From contig JBEKMZ010000004.1 of assembly GCA_049523315.1 (NCBI GenBank), positions 15,980-79,979 on the forward strand: DNA of 64,000 nt, read 5' to 3'. Both the position numbers and the translations under genes were made by a program. Origin of the DNA: Acidimicrobiales bacterium. Its GTDB lineage: Bacteria; Actinomycetota; Acidimicrobiia; Acidimicrobiales; Bog-793. Shown here piece by piece: positions 27,985 to 38,405 of the stretch (within the stretch, counting starts at the first letter, position 1; every line of letters begins with the position of its first letter). The notes under the pieces were generated by a model that saw only the letters and a list, made by a program, of their open reading frames with translations, was not told the origin of the DNA and did not search any database.

Positions 27985-28190
27985 TTATGGGGCTCCGAGC
28001 AGCATATCTTCGTGACCTTCCCATGAGGTGATTGGCGGGTATGCGTCGGGCTCGGTCATTACCTCGATCAAAGAGACTGTGTCCGCGCCAAGGGAGTGGC
28101 TAGCACGGGGGAGAGATCGGACGGGTCTTCGACTCGTACCGCATTTGCCCCGCAAGCGCGGGCGATCATGCAATGGCCACCTGCGGCGGC
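27985..28190 (-). pseudogene. C-terminal remnant of a thiamine-diphosphate-dependent enzyme (acetolactate-synthase-like), frameshifted
   Basis: One minus-strand frame reads '...MIARACGANAVRVEDPSDLSPVLATPLAR'. After a shift near 28085-28095, another frame reads 'DTVSLIEVMTEPDAYPPITSW...*'. Together these mimic the ThDP-enzyme C-terminus 'DF..lA.a.Ga....V..p.eL...l..al....P.liev.vd.....P'. No upstream body is present. Confidence 0.45.
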
Positions 28191-28298
28191 AGGGTGCGTG
28201 TCACCGACGGCCGTGCTGGGGGCGGATCTCCTCAGAGCAGGCAGAAAGGCGCCGGGGTAGATTTGAGCCCGACCGAACGAGTGACCGGGGGGGTTGCG

Positions 28299-28661
28299 AT
28301 GGCAGGACTCGAGCGTAAGCGTTTCGACGAGGCGGACGAGACGCGTCCGTTTGTCGACAAGGGGCAGGTGGAGCTAGTCAGCATCGGCGGTGGCGTCGTG
28401 GGTCGCGCAACCTTCCAGCCCGGCTGGAAGTGGTCAGATCACGTCAAGCCGATCGTCGGCACTGGTAGCTGCCAGGCGGCGCACGTTGGATACGTCGTCT
28501 CTGGTCGCCAGAGGATTCTGATGGATGATGGCACTGAGCTTGACATCAGTGCTGGCGACGTCGTCTCCATACCGTCCGGACACGACGGCTGGACCATTGG
28601 CGACGAGCCCTGTGTCGTGCTCGACTTCGCCGGGATGGCCAACTACGCAAAGCCGAGCTGA
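28299..28661 (+). CDS. Cupin-domain protein
   Basis: The 120-aa protein from 'MAGLERKRFDEADE' includes 'GRATFQPGWKWSDH' and 'GYVVSGRQRILMDDGTELDISAGDVVSIPSGHDGW', typical of a small cupin beta-barrel. A G7 run (28287-28293) serves as a possible SD. Confidence 0.75.
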   Translation: MAGLERKRFDEADETRPFVDKGQVELVSIGGGVVGRATFQPGWKWSDHVKPIVGTGSCQAAHVGYVVSGRQRILMDDGTELDISAGDVVSIPSGHDGWTIGDEPCVVLDFAGMANYAKPS

Positions 28662-28818
28662 CGCTCGGCTGCTGGCGTCGGTGATTGCCACCGCTGCAGC
28701 GCGCCCGCGTGATGGATGCCGGAAGCGGCGATGAGCTCTCCGAACCGATCTGTCAGAGGCCCGGGTCACTGACGCTGAACGACCGCGGAGACGCGACCGG
28801 CCTCGATTCGGGTAGACC

Positions 28819-29400
28819 ATGAGCGTGGCTGAATCTCCGGACCCGCCTCGCGAGACACCCGAAGCCTTGCAGACACGCCACACCGGTCTCAGCCCAGATG
28901 ACCCATTTGCGACGCCGTTGGAAGAGCGTCGGCCGGATAGGCGGTTTCGCGGTCGCCTTGTCGCCCCGGTGACGGTCTGGACGGCCGGGTCAGCAAATCG
29001 ACGCGCCGGGCTTACTGTCTCGTCGCTGCTCGTCGCCGAGGGCGACCCTGCCGAGGTGCTTGGGCTTATCGATCCGCTGTCGGATCTTTTCGACGTGCTG
29101 GTCGAGCGGGGGAGCTTCGTCGTCCACGTGCTCGGCACGGTCGATCAACGACTCGCCGGGATGTTCGCGTTCGCCTACCCGGTCGACCCCTTCGAGGAGG
29201 TCGAGACGGTGGACGGTGAGTTCGGGCCGGTCATCCGCGGTACTCGTCACACTCTCGGTTGTCGTCTCGGCGGATCTGAGGAGCTGGGTTTCCAGATGCT
29301 GGTGCGAGGACGCGTCGCCGCGCTCGAGATCGTGGCCGATGCAGGACAACCGCTCGTCCGATACCGAGGCCGTTACCGCAAGCTCTCGCCGGAGGACTAG
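28819..29400 (+). CDS. Flavin reductase-like (FMN-binding split-barrel) protein
   Basis: 'FRGRLVAPVTVWTAGSANRRAGLTVSSLLVAEGDPAEVLGLI' and 'FVVHVL...LAGMFA' match the pattern I recognise for actinobacterial flavin reductase domain proteins. Confidence 0.7.
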   Translation: MSVAESPDPPRETPEALQTRHTGLSPDDPFATPLEERRPDRRFRGRLVAPVTVWTAGSANRRAGLTVSSLLVAEGDPAEVLGLIDPLSDLFDVLVERGSFVVHVLGTVDQRLAGMFAFAYPVDPFEEVETVDGEFGPVIRGTRHTLGCRLGGSEELGFQMLVRGRVAALEIVADAGQPLVRYRGRYRKLSPED

Positions 29401-29411
29401 GGCCTTTTCCT

Positions 29412-29570
29412 GTGAGCCCAGCGGCGAGCCACGACTCTGTCAAGCGCAGCTATGACGCGCTCGCCGAGCAGTACGAGGCCCGCACCGGCGGTGAGCTTGC
29501 CTATAAGCCACTCGATCGAGCCCTGTTGGCCGAGACGCGCCGCGCCTACGTGCTTGCTCGAGGTTCCTAG
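29412..29570 (+). pseudogene. N-terminal stub of a class I SAM-dependent methyltransferase
   Basis: GTG at 29412 opens 'VSPAASHDSVKRSYDALAEQYEARTGGELAYKPLDRALLAE...' (52 codons). The 'YD.lAe.Y......l..kp.DRalL' lead-in is typical of these methyltransferases. It ends before any GxGxG motif and runs into the 3' end of the convergent LLM gene. Confidence 0.35.
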
Positions 29571-30568
29571 AGGCTCGCTGCCGCCGGGATGATCATGTCC
29601 CGGTATGCCTCGAGGGTCTCGGGGATCTTGTCGTGCATCAAATAGAGGGCGAACTGGTCGACGCCGATGTCCGCCAACTCGCGCAGCCGTTCGATGTGCT
29701 GTTCAACGGGCCCGAGAAGGCAGAACCTGTCCACGATGTAATCGGGCACGAAGTCGACCGACGGGTTGCCCGCCTTGCCATGGTGGCTGTAGTCGTAGCC
29801 CTGACGGTCCCTGACGTAGTCGGTGAGGGCGCGTGGCACCTCGGATGACTCCCCGTAGCGAGCGACGAGGTCGGCCACATGGTTGCCGACCATCCCCCCG
29901 AACCAGCGCAGCTGCTCGCGCTGGTGGACGAGGTCTTCGCCTACGTAGGCCGGCGCCGCCACACAGATCGTGAGCTCGTCCGGGTCGCGACCTGCCGAGC
30001 GTGCCGCAGCCCGGACAGAGTCGATCGTCCAACGAGCGATGTCTGGGTCTGCGACCTGCAAGATGAGCCCGTCTGCCCGCTCGCCGATGACCTGCAAGGC
30101 TTTCGGGCCGTAACCCGCGCCCCACACCGGCAGGCGGCTGTCGGAGGCCCACGGCAGCTTGACGCTGACCCCGTTGAGGATTGCCTCACGGCCCTCGGCG
30201 AGCTCCTTTATGGCGGTGATCGCCTCGGCGAATGTCTGCATGCTCGTCGGTTTGCGCCCGATGACTCGCAGCGCTGAGTCGCCGCGCCCGATGCCGCAGA
30301 CCGTCCGGTTTCCGAACATGTCGTTCAAGGTCGCGAAGATCGAGGCAGTGACCGAGACGTCGCGAGTGGCGGGATTGGTGACCATCGGGCCCACCTGGAT
30401 GTGAGAGGTGGCGGAGAGGATGTTTGCGTAGATGACGAATGGTTCCTGCCACAAGACGCACGAGTCATAGGTCCACACGTGGCTGAAGCCGGCCTGCTCG
30501 GCTTGACGGGCGCGCTCGATCACCCAGCTCGCGGGTGGGTCGGTCTGAAGGACGACGCCTATGTCCAT
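29567..30568 (-). CDS. Luciferase-like (LLM class) oxidoreductase, probably F420-dependent
   Basis: A 333-aa TIM-barrel LLM pattern with 'MDIGVVLQTDPP...AEQAGFSHVWTYDS' and 'GNRTVCGIGRGDSALRVIG'. The size and N-terminus resemble Mer/F420-dependent LLMs rather than RutA-type monooxygenases. It sits 12 nt downstream of the dihydropyrimidinase gene. Confidence 0.8.
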   Translation of the reverse strand: MDIGVVLQTDPPASWVIERARQAEQAGFSHVWTYDSCVLWQEPFVIYANILSATSHIQVGPMVTNPATRDVSVTASIFATLNDMFGNRTVCGIGRGDSALRVIGRKPTSMQTFAEAITAIKELAEGREAILNGVSVKLPWASDSRLPVWGAGYGPKALQVIGERADGLILQVADPDIARWTIDSVRAAARSAGRDPDELTICVAAPAYVGEDLVHQREQLRWFGGMVGNHVADLVARYGESSEVPRALTDYVRDRQGYDYSHHGKAGNPSVDFVPDYIVDRFCLLGPVEQHIERLRELADIGVDQFALYLMHDKIPETLEAYRDMIIPAAASL

Positions 30569-30580
30569 CGTCGCCCGGCT

Positions 30581-31984
30581 CTATCTCAGGGCCTGGGACA
30601 GGCCGCGGGGGACGAACCGCCCGTGGCCGGCCTCGCCCGAGTACGCCCCGGCGGAGATGATCCGCCGCCCGCGGGAAAAGACCGTTTCGACACGACCCTG
30701 GATCGTCATGCCCTCGTAGCAGGAGTAGTCGACGGCCATGTGGTGCTTAGAGGCCGAGATCGTCTGAGTGGCGGCCGGGTCGTATATCACGATGTCGGCG
30801 TCGGAGCCGGGGAGGACGGCTCCCTTTTGGGGGAAGAGGCCGAACATCCTCGCCGGGTTCGTCGAGGTGACCTCCACCCAGCGGGGGAGGGTTATCTCGC
30901 CAGAGACGACACCTTGGTAGATCAGGTCCATCCGGTTCTCCACCCCCGGAAGGCCGTTCGGGATCTTGGTGAAGTCCCCGCGGCCGAGCTCTTTCTGCTC
31001 GACGAAGCAGAACGGGCAGTGGTCCGTGGACACGACCGACAGGTCGTCGGTCCGCAGGCCGCGCCACAGCGCCGCCTGGTGCTCCCGCGGCCGCAGCGGG
31101 GGAGTGCAGACGAACTTCGCCCCCTCGAAGTCGGGGCGCGCCATGTCGTCCTCCGACAAGAACAGGTACTGGGGGCACGTCTCGGCAAAGGTGTTCTGCC
31201 CGCGGTCCCGGGCCTCCACGACCGCGGCGAGGGCGGGCGCCGAGGAAAGGTGCACTAAGTAAAGCGGCGCCTTGGTGACCTGCGCCAGGCGGATGGCACG
31301 CGACGCCGCCTCACCCTCCATCTCCGCCGGGCGGGTCAGCCCGTGAAAGATCGGGTCTGTCTGCCCGCGGGCGAGGGCGGCGGCGACGATCGCGTCGATG
31401 GCGATCCCGTTCTCGGCGTGGATCATTATGAGGGCACCGTTGCCGGTCGCCCTGTCCATGGCTTGGAGGATTTCCCTGTCAGTGGCGTAGAAGACCCCGG
31501 GATAGGCCATGAAGAGCTTGAAGCTCGTGACGCCTTGCGCGACGAGCTCGTCCATCTCCTTGAGTGAAGCCTCGTTGACGTCCGAGATGATGGCGTGGAA
31601 AGAGTAGTCGACCGCGCACACGCCGTCGGCCTTTGCCTGCCAGGTGTCCATGCCGGCTAAGAGGGACCCACCCTTGGTCTGGATGGCGAAGTCGATGATC
31701 ATGGTGGTGCCGCCCCAGGCGGCCGCCCGCGTCCCGGTCTCGAATGTGTCGGCCGAGGTCGTCCCCCCGAAGGGCATGTCCATGTGGGTGTGGGCGTCGA
31801 TGCCACCCGGCACCACGTACTTGCCCGTCGCGTCGACGACGAGGTCAGCGTCTTGTTGCCAGAGCTCCGACAGCCCGGAGAAGCCCGCGGCGAGGGCCGC
31901 GACCTTCTCGTCTTGGACCAGGACGTCCATGGGCGAGGCGCCGTCGGGTGTGACGAGGGTGCCCCCTTTGATCACGGTGCGCAT
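30581..31984 (-). CDS. Dihydropyrimidinase / D-hydantoinase
   Basis: 'VPGGIDAHTHMDMPFGGTTSADTFETGTRAAAWGGTTMIIDF', 'SFKLFMAY' (carboxylated-Lys region), 'IHAENG' and 'VVSTDHCPF' form the cyclic amidohydrolase signature set. Confidence 0.9.
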   Translation of the reverse strand: MRTVIKGGTLVTPDGASPMDVLVQDEKVAALAAGFSGLSELWQQDADLVVDATGKYVVPGGIDAHTHMDMPFGGTTSADTFETGTRAAAWGGTTMIIDFAIQTKGGSLLAGMDTWQAKADGVCAVDYSFHAIISDVNEASLKEMDELVAQGVTSFKLFMAYPGVFYATDREILQAMDRATGNGALIMIHAENGIAIDAIVAAALARGQTDPIFHGLTRPAEMEGEAASRAIRLAQVTKAPLYLVHLSSAPALAAVVEARDRGQNTFAETCPQYLFLSEDDMARPDFEGAKFVCTPPLRPREHQAALWRGLRTDDLSVVSTDHCPFCFVEQKELGRGDFTKIPNGLPGVENRMDLIYQGVVSGEITLPRWVEVTSTNPARMFGLFPQKGAVLPGSDADIVIYDPAATQTISASKHHMAVDYSCYEGMTIQGRVETVFSRGRRIISAGAYSGEAGHGRFVPRGLSQALR

Positions 31985-31986
31985 GA

Positions 31987-32829
31987 TCAGGCCTCACAGA
32001 GCTGTTCGTAGGTCTCCGGCCGGCGGTCCCTGTAGAAGGCCCAGATGCGGCGCACCTCGTCGATCACACCGAGGTCGAGATCGCGCACCACCACGGCCTC
32101 GTCTACGTCCGAGGCGACCTCGCCGACGAACTTGCCGCGCGGGTCGACGAAATAGGACTGACCGTAGAACTCGTTCGTCCCGAGCGGCTCTGTGCCGACC
32201 CGGTTGATCGTCCCCACGAAGTACTCGTTCGCAACCGCGGCTGCGGGCTGTTCCAAGCGCCACAGGTACTCAGAAAGGCCCCGGCTCGTTGCGGAAGGGT
32301 TGAAGACGATCTTGGCGCCCGCGAGGCCGAGGGCTCGCCAGCCTTCGGGGAAGTGGCGTTCGTAGCAGATGTAGACGCCGATCCGGCCGACGGCGGTGTC
32401 GAAGACCGGGTAGCCGAGGTTGCCAGGGCGAAAATAGAACTTCTCCCAGAAGCCGGAGACCTGAGGGATGTGGTTCTTGCGGTGCTTGCCGAGGTACCTA
32501 CCGCTGGCGTCGATGACAGCCGCGGTGTTGTAGAAGATTCCGGGCTGATCGACCTCGTATAGCGGGACGATGAGCACGACGCCGAGCTCTCGCGCCAGAT
32601 CCATGAACTGCCGGATCGTCGGGCCGTCGGGGACCGCCTCGGCGAAGTTGTACCACTCGCCGTCTTGGACCTGGCAGAAATAGGGGCCGTTGAACAGCTC
32701 TTGTAAGCAGACGACCTTGGCGCCGGCGGCGGCGGCTTGGCGGACGGAACGGATCGCGTTCTTGCTCATCGTGTCCTTGTCCCCCGCCCACTGGGCCTGA
32801 ACCAACGCCGCCCGCACCAAATCAGCCAT
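31987..32829 (-). CDS. Carbon-nitrogen hydrolase (beta-ureidopropionase / N-carbamoyl-amino-acid amidohydrolase-like)
   Basis: The Glu-Lys-Cys triad context is 'VVCLQELFNGPYF', 'GKHRKNHIP' and 'IGVYICYERHFPE'. Its stop lies 2 nt from the dihydropyrimidinase start. The start is taken at 'MADLVRAALVQ'. Confidence 0.85.
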   Translation of the reverse strand: MADLVRAALVQAQWAGDKDTMSKNAIRSVRQAAAAGAKVVCLQELFNGPYFCQVQDGEWYNFAEAVPDGPTIRQFMDLARELGVVLIVPLYEVDQPGIFYNTAAVIDASGRYLGKHRKNHIPQVSGFWEKFYFRPGNLGYPVFDTAVGRIGVYICYERHFPEGWRALGLAGAKIVFNPSATSRGLSEYLWRLEQPAAAVANEYFVGTINRVGTEPLGTNEFYGQSYFVDPRGKFVGEVASDVDEAVVVRDLDLGVIDEVRRIWAFYRDRRPETYEQLCEA

Positions 32830-32957
32830 GCCGTCCCCCTTCGCGCCTGGTGTGTCCGGCAACACTCGCGCCGGAGCCAATCGCTGTCAACGGCGCGCGA
32901 AGCCGACAGCGTGGAGCAAGATGAGCCTGCGCAGACGTCTGGAGAGGGGAGGCCTAG

Positions 32958-34049
32958 ATGGTTCACGAGGTGCGGGGCGTCATCGCCCGCGAGAAGGCAG
33001 CACCCGTCGAGGTGACCACGATCCTCGTGCCGGACCCGGGTCCGGGAGAGGCGCTCGTGCGGGTGCAGGCGTGCGGCGTCTGTCACACCGACCTGCACTA
33101 CCGAGAGGGCGGGATCAACGACGAGTTCCCGTTCCTTCTCGGTCACGAGGCCGCCGGCATCGTAGAAGCCGTCGGGCACGATGTCAGCTCCGTCGCAGTG
33201 GGGGACTTCGTCGTCCTCAACTGGAGGGCGGTCTGTGGCCAATGCAGGTCGTGCCTGCGAGGCAGGCCGCAGTACTGCTTTTCCACCCACAACGCCGCCC
33301 AGAAGATGACGCTCGCGGACGGTACCGTTCTCGCGCCCGCGCTCGGGATCGGAGCGTTCATCGAGAAGACACTCGTGGCCGCCGGGCAGTGTACGAAGGT
33401 GGACGCCCGCGCCCGCCCGGAGGCCGCCGGCCTCCTCGGCTGCGGTATCATGGCCGGGCTCGGCGCGGCGATGTTCACGGGCGAGGTCGGCTTCGGCGAC
33501 TCGGTGGCGGTGTTCGGGTGCGGCGGCGTCGGGTGCGCGGCGATAGCAGGTGCGCGCCTCGCCGGGGCATCGACGATCATCGGCGTGGACCTCGACCCTC
33601 GCAAGCTTGAGCTCGCCGTTCAGTTCGGGGCGACACATACCGTGAACTCCTCCGAGCGCGACGCCGTCGAGGCGATCCGGGCACTCACGCAGGGCAACGG
33701 CGCGAACGTCTGCATCGAGGCCGTCGGCAACGCGAAAGTGATGGAGCAGGCATTCTTTGCCCGCGACCTCGCCGGGACGCTCGTCCAAGTCGGCGTGCCG
33801 ACGCCCGAGATGCGCATAGATCTCCCGATGATCGAGTTCTTCGGTCGCGGCGGGCGGCTCAAGCCGAGCTGGTACGGGGACTGCCTTCCCTCGCGCGACT
33901 TTCCGATGCTGATCGAGCTCTACTTGAACGGACACCTCGACCTGGACCGCTTCGTGTCGGAGACAATCGAGCTCGACGCGATCGAGCAGGCCTTCGCCCG
34001 CATGGAGCGGGGAGAAGTCCTCCGCTCGGTGGTGCTGATCTCCGCTTAG
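32958..34049 (+). CDS. Zn-dependent class III alcohol dehydrogenase (S-(hydroxymethyl)mycothiol dehydrogenase-like)
   Basis: '[38 protein letters not shown]' and '[15 protein letters not shown]' give the catalytic and structural Zn sites. '[14 protein letters not shown]' is the NAD fold. Confidence 0.85.
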   Translation: MVHEVRGVIAREKAAPVEVTTILVPDPGPGEALVRVQACGVCHTDLHYREGGINDEFPFLLGHEAAGIVEAVGHDVSSVAVGDFVVLNWRAVCGQCRSCLRGRPQYCFSTHNAAQKMTLADGTVLAPALGIGAFIEKTLVAAGQCTKVDARARPEAAGLLGCGIMAGLGAAMFTGEVGFGDSVAVFGCGGVGCAAIAGARLAGASTIIGVDLDPRKLELAVQFGATHTVNSSERDAVEAIRALTQGNGANVCIEAVGNAKVMEQAFFARDLAGTLVQVGVPTPEMRIDLPMIEFFGRGGRLKPSWYGDCLPSRDFPMLIELYLNGHLDLDRFVSETIELDAIEQAFARMERGEVLRSVVLISA

Positions 34050-34058
34050 AAAGAGGGC

Positions 34059-36514
<2,456 letters not shown>

Positions 36515-36629
36515 GCCTTAAATGTAACAATGCACCGAGTGCAGGTATTCCTGACGGCGCCGCACCGCCGTCACCCAGCCGGATGACCGCGGTGCTCGGG
36601 CACGGTCCAAGGACTGGGAAGGACGCGCA

Positions 36630-37393
36630 ATGGGCGAAGTGAAGATCGCGAGCGGACGGGGTGACATGGCTTGTTACCTCTCCTCTCCGGCCGGAGAGGG
36701 TCCTTGGCCGGGAGTCGTGGTGATCCACGACGCTTGCGGCATGAGCAACGACCTCCGCCAGCAGGCGGATTGGTTGGCGTCGGAGGGCTATATGGCGCTG
36801 GCGCCCGAACTTTTCATTGGGGCCGGAAGGTGACCTGCATGCGCTCAATCATGCGCGACCTGCGGGACAGGCGGGGATCGTCCTTCGACGACGTGGAGGC
36901 GGCTCGGGGTTTCCTCGTCGCCCAAGAGAGCTGCACCGATAGGGTCGGGGTCATCGGATACTGCCTGAGCGGAGGGTTCGCGTTAATGCTTGCCCCCGGC
37001 CATGGCTTCTCGGCTTCGAGCGTCGACTACGGCGCCGCGCCGAAACGGGCCGAGACCGTGCTTAGCGGCGCTTGTCCTGTCGTCGCAAGCTACGGGGCCA
37101 AGGACCGCGCCCTTCGCGCGGCGGCACCGCGACTGGACCGCGCGCTCAGCGAGACGGGGGTCGAACATGACGTAAAGGAATATCCGGGAGCCGGGCACGG
37201 TTTTCTCAACGATCACGAGGGAGCGCACGACCACGTGCCGGTGCTGTTCGTCGTGATGGGAAGACTCATGGGCGCCAACGGACACCACGCGGCCGCGGCC
37301 GAAGACGCCCGCCGCCGCATCGCCGCCTTTTTCCGCGCGTACCTCAACTATCACGGACAGAACAGAACGGAGAACACATGGAAGCTTCGCTGA
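36630..37393 (+). pseudogene. Dienelactone hydrolase-family gene interrupted by a 1-nt frameshift
   Basis: Frame A (36630..36833) reads '[40 protein letters not shown]'. Frame B continues '..[17 protein letters not shown]...[16 protein letters not shown]...YPGAGHGF'. The two join cleanly if one base is added near the T-run at 36810-36818. Confidence 0.7.
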
Positions 37394-38151
37394 CACCCTG
37401 GGTCGCAGCCCTGCGGCGCTCACATGACACCTTGGCGCTCCTCGTCGGGCCGCTCGGCACCGAGGAGCTGCAACGGCGTTCTTACGACTCGGAATGGTCG
37501 ATAGCCCAAGTGCTCTCACACCTCGGGTCCCAGTCAGAGATATTCGGCCTCTTCCTCGAGGCAGGGTTGAGCAGGCAGGACCCGCCCGGAGGCGAGGTGT
37601 TCGCCCCGATATGGGAAGCCTGGAACACCCGCGACCCGCAGTCACTGGCGACCGGCACCTTGAAGGCGAGCGAGACAGTGGTAGGCCGCTTTGAGTCCCT
37701 GACTCCAGACGAGATCGAAAGGTTCCACTTGAACCTGTTCGGGATGGAGCTCGACGCGACCGGGCTGAGCCGGCTGCGCCTCAGCGAGCTTGCTCTTCAC
37801 ACCTGGGACGTCGCGGTGGCTCTTGATCCCACGGCCAAGGTCCTCCCCGACGCGGTCGCTCTGCTCGTCGACACCCTCGGACAGCTGGCCGCGAGAGGCG
37901 GCAAGCCCGACGGGACCATTCGGCGCGTGCTCGTGACTACGACAGAGCCCGAGCGCCACTTCATCCTCGAGACGGGCGAAACCGTGGTCCTCACTGCCTC
38001 TGGTCCCGACGCGGGCGAGGCCGGGCTGTCGCTTCCCGCTGAGGCATTCGTTCGCCTCCTGTATGGCCGCCTCGATCCCGCCCACACTCCGGTGCTCGAG
38101 GTCCGGGGCATCGATCTCGACGAGCTGCGGCGGGTGTTCCCGGGCATCTGA
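37378..38151 (+). CDS. DinB/maleylpyruvate-isomerase-N-terminal (mycothiol-dependent enzyme family) protein
   Basis: '[44 protein letters not shown]' is the DinB_2-type four-helix N-domain with the His of the metal site, as I recognise it. Confidence 0.7.
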   Translation: MEASLTPWVAALRRSHDTLALLVGPLGTEELQRRSYDSEWSIAQVLSHLGSQSEIFGLFLEAGLSRQDPPGGEVFAPIWEAWNTRDPQSLATGTLKASETVVGRFESLTPDEIERFHLNLFGMELDATGLSRLRLSELALHTWDVAVALDPTAKVLPDAVALLVDTLGQLAARGGKPDGTIRRVLVTTTEPERHFILETGETVVLTASGPDAGEAGLSLPAEAFVRLLYGRLDPAHTPVLEVRGIDLDELRRVFPGI

Positions 38152-38405
38152 GCACGAGCGGGCCCTCGCAGGCCTCGAGAAGCTCGAGGACGAGGCCGTC
38201 GCGGCTTGGCGGGGTTGCTGCAACTGAGACGGGACGTCCTCGGTGCGGGCGTCGCTGGAGGCGCACACCAGGCCGACAATTCTCCAGGATCTCGGCCATT
38301 CGGGCGGCCAACGCGAGCGGACGCCTCATAGTCAGGTGAGTGCAGATGTCCGGGCCGGGCGCCCCTGGGCAGCTTCAAGCCTCGCCGATCGCTACCGTGA
38401 CATAC

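Noticed and set aside
38152-38405. The 254-nt gap before the ABC exporter, with a minus-strand frame 'LALAARMAEILENC...[17 protein letters not shown]' that looks vaguely protein-like
   Set aside because: I recognise no family, the frame has no convincing start or stop structure outside the neighbouring gene, and I could not support it beyond impression.
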